A stretch of DNA of 45,220 bases from a virus. The stretch lies in IMG/VR virus record IMGVR_UViG_3300010354_000006, one strand, 5' to 3'. Of the stretch, positions 38,551-45,220 are shown one piece after another. Below the pieces are notes generated by a model that saw only the letters and a list, made by a program, of their open reading frames with translations, had not been told where the DNA came from and ran no database searches. The first letter of the stretch is position 1. Every line of letters starts with the position of its first letter. The position numbers and the translations under genes are program-made.

Positions 38551-38739
38551 ATGGAAAGAAAACAAATTGTTAGTCAAGAGTTTAGTCTAAGATTCATAGG
38601 CTTTAAAAACATAGTAGAAGCTAACTTAGCTATGTTTACTCAGTATCCAGATACTGATACTGGATACAATTTGTTGCACTCGTGCAACAAAAAAAACAAT
38701 ATAGAGCCATGTGAAGATGGCTTTATTTTTTATTGTTAA
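38551..38739 (+). CDS. Small early protein (62 aa), possibly leaderless
   Basis: In-frame ATG inside track ORF 38527..38739, positioned at predicted transcription start. Confidence 0.35.
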   Translation: MERKQIVSQEFSLRFIGFKNIVEANLAMFTQYPDTDTGYNLLHSCNKKNNIEPCEDGFIFYC

Positions 38740-38748
38740 TTAGACCAA

Positions 38749-38778
38749 GACCTAAGCAAGTCTTTAAACTGCTTAAGG
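38749..38778 (+). promoter_or_regulatory. Intercistronic element A copy 1 (imperfect palindrome overlapping RBS)
   Basis: GACCTAAGCAAGTCTTTAAACTGCTTAAGG; TAAGCA / TGCTTA inverted repeat. Confidence 0.6.
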
Positions 38779-38786
38779 AAAAAGAA

Positions 38787-38942
38787 ATGAAAAACAATCA
38801 ACTAATAGAAAAATACAATATCACAGCTAAGGATATAGCAGTAATCGAGGATCATCTTCATTATGGTTATGGTTACGAGTATTTAGAAGCTAGGTTCAGT
38901 TTCTCTGAGTTAGAGGTAATTCTAGACACTTGGAGCATTTAA
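38787..38942 (+). CDS. Small early protein (51 aa)
   Basis: ATG at 38787 after AAGGAAAAAG RBS; track ORF began at TTG 38733. Confidence 0.35.
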   Translation: MKNNQLIEKYNITAKDIAVIEDHLHYGYGYEYLEARFSFSELEVILDTWSI

Positions 38943-38952
38943 TTATTAGGAT

Positions 38953-38982
38953 GACCTGAGCAAGTCTTTAAACTGCTTAAGG
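38953..38982 (+). promoter_or_regulatory. Intercistronic element A copy 2
   Basis: GACCTGAGCAAGTCTTTAAACTGCTTAAGG. Confidence 0.6.
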
Positions 38983-38991
38983 AGTAAAGAA

Positions 38992-39225
38992 ATGAAAAAA
39001 TTTGACCACTTAAAAAACATTAAAAGCCTGCTAAACCAGCAGTTGAAAAAGCATGGGTTAAAACTACCTGTGCATGCTGAGCTGAAAGACATGGCTATTT
39101 TGTCTGATATCTTAGCAGGTAGGATTACAGAAATAGACTTAGCTTTTGCGATAGCAAAGATAGAGTCAAGAGCTGATAAGGCTTGTATAGCAGCTAGCAA
39201 AGTAACAGAAAGGGAGAGTAAGTAA
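38992..39225 (+). CDS. Hypothetical early protein (77 aa)
   Basis: ORF track. Confidence 0.4.
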   Translation: MKKFDHLKNIKSLLNQQLKKHGLKLPVHAELKDMAILSDILAGRITEIDLAFAIAKIESRADKACIAASKVTERESK

Positions 39226-39477
39226 ATGACGATATATTACGCAATAAGCCGAGACATTAAAGAAGCTCAAACAGGGCTTAATAGAATAAGTCACTTAGAT
39301 GATTATTCAGGAACTCCAGAAGAGAAATTAAACGATTTAATCGATGACCACTTAAACTACGTGAATGTATGGAGTGGCAGTTTAGATTTTGCTTACAGCA
39401 GTACAAGTAAGTTTCCTGAATCGGAAAGGTATATTTTAATAACTGAGACTGACACTGGCTTAAAAAGAATTCAATAA
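39226..39477 (+). CDS. Hypothetical early protein (83 aa)
   Basis: ORF track; ATG follows upstream stop. Confidence 0.4.
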   Translation: MTIYYAISRDIKEAQTGLNRISHLDDYSGTPEEKLNDLIDDHLNYVNVWSGSLDFAYSSTSKFPESERYILITETDTGLKRIQ

Positions 39478-39483
39478 ACCAAA

Positions 39484-39512
39484 GACCTAGCAAGTCTTAA
39501 AACTGCTTCAGG
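39484..39512 (+). promoter_or_regulatory. Intercistronic element A copy 3
   Basis: GACCTAGCAAGTCTTAAAACTGCTTCAGG. Confidence 0.55.
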
Positions 39513-39522
39513 AGATAAAAAA

Positions 39523-39936
39523 ATGACAATTAAAATACAAATCGATAAAAAAATATTAGAAGCTGATAGCTTGGCGGTATTAGCTTATAGTGTCGAGAAG
39601 GAAATTAACAAAATACTAGAAATTAAAGAAAGTAGTTACCTTGCAACTCTCTCAATTAAAAGCATGTTACAGGGCTTGCAAGTCTATTCTAATTATCATA
39701 AAAATCTTTCAGCTGATGATTATGAACATTATTGTAGCAATGGTACTTTTAAATTAAACCTACACGAGGAATTAGATGACCCAAAATTAGATTTTCCTCT
39801 GGTGGTCTCACGTTCCATAGATTTATGGCTACAAGGTACTAATGAACCTAAGTTAATAGTCTCTTTCAGAAATGACAATAACCAGCTAGTCATAGATGAT
39901 GAGAACTTGAATAAACTAGATTCATACTTTGCTTAA
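39523..39936 (+). CDS. Hypothetical early protein (137 aa)
   Basis: ORF track. Confidence 0.45.
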   Translation: MTIKIQIDKKILEADSLAVLAYSVEKEINKILEIKESSYLATLSIKSMLQGLQVYSNYHKNLSADDYEHYCSNGTFKLNLHEELDDPKLDFPLVVSRSIDLWLQGTNEPKLIVSFRNDNNQLVIDDENLNKLDSYFA

Positions 39937-40003
39937 AACTATCAGCTAACCGATTCTACACCATCTCAACGGCATGGTGTAGAACTGGTAAGCACCAGTT
40001 AAA
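39937..40003 (+). ncRNA. Intercistronic element B copy 1: conserved leader, 11-bp stem hairpin (39954-39964 / 39974-39984), second short hairpin, then RBS
   Basis: TTCTACACCAT / ATGGTGTAGAA perfect stem; ACTGGT-AAGC-ACCAGT second hairpin. Confidence 0.55.
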
Positions 40004-40023
40004 GAAAAAAGGAAAATAAAAAA

Positions 40024-40707
40024 ATGAATAACTACATAGGTGTCTTAATAAAAAGAAAAAATGGCATATTGACTAATGCTACTTGCTTAGGAATAAGAGA
40101 GTTAATTAAGAACAATAGCCATAACTCGGTATGGTTACAAGCAAATGGTAAATGTTCTTACGGACACTATGCTAAAAAGCATACTGATGGTTATCTATAT
40201 AGCCATGAAGAGTATACGGATAATTGGGATGGTGCAGTATATTCAACAACATTAAAATATTATCCTACCAGTAAACCAGTTCAAATGACAAAATGGCAAC
40301 TAGAAAGAGATCAGATTGAAAAGAAAGAAGATTTACTAGAATCAGCTAAGATATTTTTACGTAACTTGAGCAAAGAATTAATAGAAATAGAAAAATTCAA
40401 TCAGCTAGTATCTGAAGGAATTAAGCAAGATAAAAAAATAACGGGTAGTGAATTAGTATTTTTAGCTGATTACTACAAGGTAGATATTCCCATTAGAACT
40501 CGTGGTTATTATTTAAATAAATTACACAGGGTAACAGCTACTGAGATTAAAGATAAAGAAGTTTCAAGGATTAGTTACCTTGCTGAAGGTAAATTAAATA
40601 GAGATATTCTTTATAGAACATTAGATTTGATCATAAATGAAATGTATCCAGAAGAGGTTACAGTAAAAGAGCAAGAAACTTTCAATCGATTATTTAAAGT
40701 TGCATAG
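40024..40707 (+). CDS. Hypothetical early protein (227 aa)
   Basis: ORF track. Confidence 0.5.
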   Translation: MNNYIGVLIKRKNGILTNATCLGIRELIKNNSHNSVWLQANGKCSYGHYAKKHTDGYLYSHEEYTDNWDGAVYSTTLKYYPTSKPVQMTKWQLERDQIEKKEDLLESAKIFLRNLSKELIEIEKFNQLVSEGIKQDKKITGSELVFLADYYKVDIPIRTRGYYLNKLHRVTATEIKDKEVSRISYLAEGKLNRDILYRTLDLIINEMYPEEVTVKEQETFNRLFKVA

Positions 40708-40776
40708 AACTATCATCAAGCTAACCGCTTCTAGCATATCTAATAGCATATGCTGGAACTGGTTATCACCAGATAA
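40708..40776 (+). ncRNA. Intercistronic element B copy 2: same architecture, stem 40729-40739 / 40748-40758 with compensatory changes
   Basis: TTCTAGCATAT / ATATGCTGGAA (one G-U wobble); CTGGT-TATC-ACCAG. Confidence 0.55.
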
Positions 40777-40791
40777 AGGAAAAAGGAAAAA

Positions 40792-41199
40792 ATGAAAATG
40801 ATTAAAATTAATTATGAAATAGATATAGATTTAATAGTTTCTTTTTTAAAAAGAGCTACACACAGTAGGAATAAGTCTAAAAAAAATAATTCTATAGAAT
40901 TAACTATAGAAGACTGCCATGAAATAAGTGAGCTACTTCACGATTTTACTCCAAAGAGAATCTTCTCTCAAACCAATAGCGAATGTGAATTAATAGATAC
41001 TATGTTCGCTAAAGAAGTCTTAAGAAAACTTCCATTTTTAGCTAAGTGTGAAGGATTTGAGATGGAAAACGGGCTTTTAAGTTCTCTTTCCTATAATTTA
41101 TTTCAGTTTTTAGCTGGAAATTTTGTTTTAGGTGAAACATCTCGTTTAGAATCTGTCAAAACAAAAGCCAATAATAGTTTTTTAGAATTTATTAAATAA
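40792..41199 (+). CDS. Hypothetical early protein (135 aa)
   Basis: ORF track. Confidence 0.45.
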   Translation: MKMIKINYEIDIDLIVSFLKRATHSRNKSKKNNSIELTIEDCHEISELLHDFTPKRIFSQTNSECELIDTMFAKEVLRKLPFLAKCEGFEMENGLLSSLSYNLFQFLAGNFVLGETSRLESVKTKANNSFLEFIK

Positions 41200-41215
41200 A
41201 AGGAAAAATAAACAA

Positions 41216-41536
41216 ATGACAACAATGGAACACACAATAAAAACAACAATAGAAACTATCGAAGGCGTAAGCGATTACAGCTTATTCGCAGTGGACGAAG
41301 CAATTGACTCGCTGGAATTCCAAAAAAGATTAAGTTATGGCTATGCCAAAAATAAACTTAATTTTGAAATAGATTTAATTAATTACTTTAAAAGTCATCC
41401 AAATTTCAACAATATGTGGAACTGTTATAGCTTTGATGAGGAGGACAGCGAAGAGCCAATTAACGTAGAATTTGAATTTGAATTTGAGCTGGAAGATTTA
41501 CCGCAACACTTGCAAGATGGTTACGAAAGTTTTTAG
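41216..41536 (+). CDS. Small highly acidic protein (106 aa) with EFEFEFELED tract
   Basis: Composition read directly. Confidence 0.45.
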   Translation: MTTMEHTIKTTIETIEGVSDYSLFAVDEAIDSLEFQKRLSYGYAKNKLNFEIDLINYFKSHPNFNNMWNCYSFDEEDSEEPINVEFEFEFELEDLPQHLQDGYESF

Positions 41537-41605
41537 AACTATCATCAAGCTAACCGATTCTAGCACTTACTAATCCAAGTGCTGGAACTGGTTATCACCA
41601 GATAT
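41537..41605 (+). ncRNA. Intercistronic element B copy 3: stem 41558-41568 / 41577-41587 with compensatory changes
   Basis: TTCTAGCACTT / AAGTGCTGGAA (one G-U wobble); CTGGT-TATC-ACCAG. Confidence 0.55.
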
Positions 41606-41618
41606 AGGAAAAAAACAA

Positions 41619-41756
41619 ATGACAATATTCAAAACACAACACGATTTAATGAATGATGAGTATTACTTAGAGATACTGGGAATTAGAGTATCCAATGCGA
41701 TAGCTAATTTCTTGGTTAGATTAGGAGTTATTCAAGAGAACGAAAATATTTAGAGC
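41619..41756 (+). CDS. Small hypothetical protein (45 aa), below the ORF-track cutoff
   Basis: ATG directly after element B copy 3. Confidence 0.25.
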
Positions 41757-41790
41757 GAGGATTCAGGAAAAGAAAAAAGGAAATTTAATT

Positions 41791-42054
41791 ATGGTATACA
41801 AAATAGACGAAAAAGAAAACTGTAAAGTTAGAGAAGTTTCTGAATATTTAAGTCGTAAGGGTTACGACAAGGGAATTAACCCTAAATTTAAAGTAGGGGA
41901 TGTTATCCAGTTCCTAACTGGTTATGATTATAACATTCTCGCTGAAGCCAAGATTAAGGGTATAAACGGAAATGATTTATATGTTTACAATGATGCTTAT
42001 TGGTTCGCGATTCAGGACAATGAGCAAAGGAAAATAAAAATCATTCAAGCTTAA
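41791..42054 (+). CDS. Hypothetical early protein (87 aa)
   Basis: ORF track; AAAGGAAA RBS. Confidence 0.4.
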   Translation: MVYKIDEKENCKVREVSEYLSRKGYDKGINPKFKVGDVIQFLTGYDYNILAEAKIKGINGNDLYVYNDAYWFAIQDNEQRKIKIIQA

Positions 42055-42057
42055 ACC

Positions 42058-42147
42058 CAGCCAAAATTTTTAATTTCAGTTGCCTGTATTATAAAGGCAA
42101 CTGGTTCTGATGGTAAAACAAATGACAACAGCCAAAATTTTTAATTT
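42058..42147. repeat. 19-bp perfect direct repeat CAGCCAAAATTTTTAATTT (42058-42076 and 42129-42147) with an 8-bp stem hairpin between (42077-42084 / 42096-42103)
   Basis: Read directly. Confidence 0.8.
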
Positions 42148-42293
42148 TGGAATAAAGTTTTAATTCCCTCGAATAAGGGGGAATTAAAAGCAGTCAAGTA
42201 ATCCTTGACAGCTCAACTATTCGAGATTATCGAATACTTGGATAATCAAGCCTAGAGCTACTATCATTAGGTTGAGTAATCTAGAGTAAATAG

Positions 42294-42577
42294 TTTTCCG
42301 TCTTTTCCGTCATATCTTTTTACTTTCCGTCAAAATGACGAAAGCTATAATACAAGCCTAGTCCGCCTATCCAGTCTTTTCCGTCTTTTCCGTCATTTCC
42401 GTAATGAATAAGTGAAGTTATAAATAATAATATATATATACATATTGATTAATTATTTCATTTATTTATTTTTCTAGACGAAAATGACGAAATGACGGAA
42501 AAACTCTCGATAAGTATACCTAGTCTATATTATAGAGTCCGTCAAACTATGACGGAAAACACTCAAATGACGGAAAA
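42294..42577. promoter_or_regulatory. Putative origin of replication: TTTTCCGTC iterons (42294-42302, 42303-42311, 42323-42331, 42377-42385, 42386-42394), AT-rich core (42411-42476), inverted GACGGAAAA iterons (42494-42502, 42551-42559, 42569-42577)
   Basis: Read directly; lies in an 800-bp ORF-free region upstream of the helicase gene. Confidence 0.6.
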
Positions 42578-42727
42578 CTAGAAACAGATGAGCAAGCTAG
42601 TCAAATATCCTGCAAGCTCGACAGAGCAGCTCGTAAGAGCGGGGGTATTTAAGTTGCGGCTCAACATAAAAACAAATTAAACTAATTACTAAGTTACTTG
42701 TTAGATAAATCTGATATATATATAAGT

Positions 42728-42853
42728 ATGAAGAAATCGGGATTAAATATCCACCTGGAAACAATAGAAAAGCTGAAAGAGTTTAAACCAAGTGGTGTAA
42801 CTTGGGATTATTTTTTATTGGAGTTGCTGAAAGCTTGGGTAGCTAAAGGTTAA
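42728..42853 (+). CDS. Small ORF (41 aa), possible ribbon-helix-helix-like regulator between origin and helicase
   Basis: ATG to TAA read directly; no clear RBS. Confidence 0.25.
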   Translation: MKKSGLNIHLETIEKLKEFKPSGVTWDYFLLELLKAWVAKG

Positions 42854-42857
42854 TCGA

Positions 42858-44600
42858 ATGAAAAATGAACAAGCTTTATTGGGTGCTATTCTTCAGCACG
42901 CAGAATGTAAGTATTTAATCTATGAATTAAAAGCTGATTATTTTTCAAATGACGATAATCGCAAAGTCTTTTTAGCTATGCTGGCATTGCATAATGCTAA
43001 TGAACCTATAGAAATATTCACAGTTAAAAGCAAGGTAGAAGAACTAAATTATTCTGATCTGCTTGGATACATTGAACTATTAAGAGACGTAGCAGATATT
43101 CCATCTAATGTTAGATTCACTCTTAAAAGAATTTTCAAGGCATATAAAGCTAAAGAAGAAAAAAGAATTAAAAGCGAAATAAAATTTCACCAAGATGATT
43201 TACCCAAAGTTCAATCCTTAATTCAAGAGTTTAATGAGCTTAACAAATTAATCGCATTAGACGAAATTAAATTACTCGGTAAAAACAAGGAATCCCAAGC
43301 TCAATTTTGTTTGCAGGATATACTGCCATCACCATTATATGCCTATCTATATGGCATTTCCTCAGTTCCATACAAAGACTTCCCAGTAGAAGCAGCATTC
43401 AGTTTATTTCTTTCCATAGTGGGCAGTCTAGCGGGTACTAAATTCACTATTTCACACCGAAGACACAAAGAACATGCTTTTTGGTGGTCTATGGTGGGTT
43501 TACCCGTAGGATCAGGCAAAACACCTATCTTAAATAACCTAATGAAGCCCTTAACAGTCTTGCAGTACGAAGCTTTAGAAGTTTATAAACAGCAGCTTAA
43601 AGAATTTCAAGAAGTTAAAAAGAAAAAGAAAAAAGATACTTCTCTTGAGGAATTTCAAGAGGAATTACCAGAACCTAAAAGAAAAAGATTTTATTTATCT
43701 GATTCAACAATGGAGACTACATTGAAAGCTCACTCAGATAACCCTAATGGGCTTTTATGGGTCAAGGATGAGCTTAAAGGTCTCTTTAATTCTCTTGGTG
43801 CTTATAAGGGTGGACGGGGAGAAGATAAAGAAACATTACTGTCACTAGGTGCAGGTACTTTTATTTCAGTAGCTAGAAAAGAAACAGATATTGAACTCGT
43901 CAAATCGGCTATTAGCCTCACTGGTGGGATTCAACCTCAAGTATTAAAAGATTTATATTCCAAAGATGGAGATAAAGATAACGGCTTATGGCAGAGATTC
44001 GCCTATATTATCCACGAAACAGTATCAAGAGAAAAAAACCCAGACGATGTAGTCTTAAATGATTCGATATTAACTAAGCTCTATTCCCATATTATTAGCT
44101 CAGAGGGTGCTAGCTTAGTCTTTGCTGATTATGATTATGTCGAATGGGTATCAGATTATTTTAATGAAGAGATAGATAAAGCTCCAACACCAGCAATGCA
44201 AGCATATTACACTAAATGCTTTGGGTTTTTCTTAAGGCTTTCTATTTTGTTGCATATTCTTGATTCGCACTTCTCTTATCTGTCTTACGATAGACCAGTT
44301 AGCAGAACTACCAGCGAAAATGCTTTTTCCTTAATTGTGGCTTACATTTCCCATGCTGAAAAACTATTTTATGTTAAAACCATCAAAAGCAAAGATCAAC
44401 AATTTATCAATAAAATTCTTGATAAGCCTTTAGCTAAAAGAACAATTAATGAAATCGCTAAAACTATTACTCAACGTGTTGATAAACCTTCTGATTATGC
44501 CCGCTATCTATTTGAGCTTATGCAAGAAGCAGGCTTAGGTACTATCAACAAAACCAACGGCAAAAACTGGCAATTCGCTTTAAAGGGAGAAACAATATGA
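42858..44600 (+). CDS. Replicative helicase / replication initiator with DnaB-like N-terminal domain and Walker A P-loop
   Basis: N-terminus NEQALLGAILQHAE...FSNDDNRKVFLAML...EPIEIFTV matches DnaB N-terminal pattern; P-loop VGLPVGSGKTPIL. Confidence 0.55.
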   Translation: MKNEQALLGAILQHAECKYLIYELKADYFSNDDNRKVFLAMLALHNANEPIEIFTVKSKVEELNYSDLLGYIELLRDVADIPSNVRFTLKRIFKAYKAKEEKRIKSEIKFHQDDLPKVQSLIQEFNELNKLIALDEIKLLGKNKESQAQFCLQDILPSPLYAYLYGISSVPYKDFPVEAAFSLFLSIVGSLAGTKFTISHRRHKEHAFWWSMVGLPVGSGKTPILNNLMKPLTVLQYEALEVYKQQLKEFQEVKKKKKKDTSLEEFQEELPEPKRKRFYLSDSTMETTLKAHSDNPNGLLWVKDELKGLFNSLGAYKGGRGEDKETLLSLGAGTFISVARKETDIELVKSAISLTGGIQPQVLKDLYSKDGDKDNGLWQRFAYIIHETVSREKNPDDVVLNDSILTKLYSHIISSEGASLVFADYDYVEWVSDYFNEEIDKAPTPAMQAYYTKCFGFFLRLSILLHILDSHFSYLSYDRPVSRTTSENAFSLIVAYISHAEKLFYVKTIKSKDQQFINKILDKPLAKRTINEIAKTITQRVDKPSDYARYLFELMQEAGLGTINKTNGKNWQFALKGETI

Positions 44601-44998
44601 ACGACCTAGCAGAAATCCAAGCAGAACTAAAAGAACTCCATCAAGAGTTTTTAGATTACGCTGAAAAAATTAAAGATGTTAGCCGTAGACTAGGCTTACT
44701 GGTCAAAGATTCCGATAACGCTATCCTGAAATGGCAAGTACACCATTACTGGCTAAACAATGTTGATCGCAAATTTAAAATCCTAGACGAAGAGCTAGAT
44801 AATGAGATCGCAGCTCCATTTAGTGCTTTACCACCAGTTACAGCAAACCCTATCTACAAGGACTTAACCCTTAAGATCGAGGCTTTCAGGCTCTTGAATC
44901 CTGACATAGATGAGCTAGAAGCACAAAAGAGAATTTCTAAGATCGTTAAAGAGCATGTCCAAAGCAGAAGGCACAAGCAGGGAGAGGAAAAACAATGA
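44597..44998 (+). CDS. Hypothetical protein (133 aa)
   Basis: ORF track; ATGA overlap with helicase stop. Confidence 0.45.
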   Translation: MNDLAEIQAELKELHQEFLDYAEKIKDVSRRLGLLVKDSDNAILKWQVHHYWLNNVDRKFKILDEELDNEIAAPFSALPPVTANPIYKDLTLKIEAFRLLNPDIDELEAQKRISKIVKEHVQSRRHKQGEEKQ

Positions 44999-45027
44999 AA
45001 AAAGAAATAAAAAATCAGCTAAAGAGT

Positions 45028-45036
45028 TGATATAAT
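45028..45036 (+). promoter_or_regulatory. Extended -10 promoter element TGATATAAT
   Basis: TGnTATAAT read directly, about 45 nt upstream of the ATG at 45082. Confidence 0.4.
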
Positions 45037-45081
45037 ATCATAAGACGTGGAATAATAACTAAAGAAGGAAAAGAAAACAAA

Positions 45082-45186
45082 ATGAACGAACTAGAAGAAT
45101 TAAAAACAGTGCAATTAATTATTAATTTTGTCGTAGTAATAGCTATCCTAGCTGTAGCCGTAACAGTTGGGAGGTACTTGGGATGA
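45082..45186 (+). CDS. Small membrane peptide (34 aa, single predicted TM helix); stop overlaps ATG of the 65-aa ORF (equivalent to 86..283)
   Basis: AAGGAAAAG RBS; hydrophobic core IINFVVVIAILAVAVTV. Confidence 0.3.
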   Translation: MNELEELKTVQLIINFVVVIAILAVAVTVGRYLG

Positions 45187-45220
45187 GAGAATTAGACCGC
45201 CAAAAATGGCTTCCAGTGGA
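45098..45220. repeat. Second copy of the 123-bp terminal direct repeat
   Basis: Exact match to 1-123. Confidence 0.9.

Noticed and set aside
1491-39493. Numerous ORFs on the strand opposite long genes (for example 1491-1688 minus, 8861-9079, 10088-10288, 10958-11152, 11543-11848, 15582-16124, 19053-19292, 21153-21926, 24058-24549, 29543-30188, 33224-33792, 35587-35826, 37092-37407, 38946-39200 minus, 39278-39493 minus)
   Set aside because: They lie fully inside better-supported genes on the other strand, have biased low-complexity composition and no RBS; 10088-10288 is simply the antisense reading of the collagen-like repeats
38196-41605. Possible CRISPR array, given several repeat families
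   Set aside because: Repeats are 22-70 bp units separated by whole genes or irregular spacers, not short regularly spaced repeat-spacer units, and no cas genes are present
1-45220. Integrase, attachment site or repressor indicating a temperate lifestyle
   Set aside because: No ORF shows tyrosine or serine recombinase features or a CI-like repressor architecture; the genome looks virulent, though this cannot be excluded without profile searches

Overview
This window reads as a complete, low-GC tailed dsDNA phage genome of about 45.1 kb. The first 123 bp (1-123) are repeated exactly at 45098-45220, so the record is either circularly closed or terminally redundant. Genes use Shine-Dalgarno sites and sigma70-like promoters. 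Layout: (i) a plus-strand early/replication block that wraps the origin (38551-45220 continuing into 1-8477), holding small early ORFs separated by two families of repeated structured elements, an iteron-type origin next to a DnaB-N/Walker-A replication helicase, a Gam-ERF-SSB recombination module, a RuvC-like resolvase, a GH24 lysozyme, a secreted metzincin-like protease and an M15 peptidase; (ii) a minus-strand late block (37466 down to 8743) with terminase, putative portal, scaffold and capsid genes, three consecutive proteins including an 1871-aa coiled-coil giant, and several fibre-like proteins, one collagen-like. A sigma-70 family factor is encoded on the opposite strand inside the late block. 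No integrase, tRNA or CRISPR array was found. All functional calls come from motif reading by eye without database searches. The most unusual signals are the covarying intercistronic hairpin elements in the early region, the triple 22-bp repeat in a 1-kb non-coding divergent region, and the embedded sigma factor with a recurring 13-nt motif.
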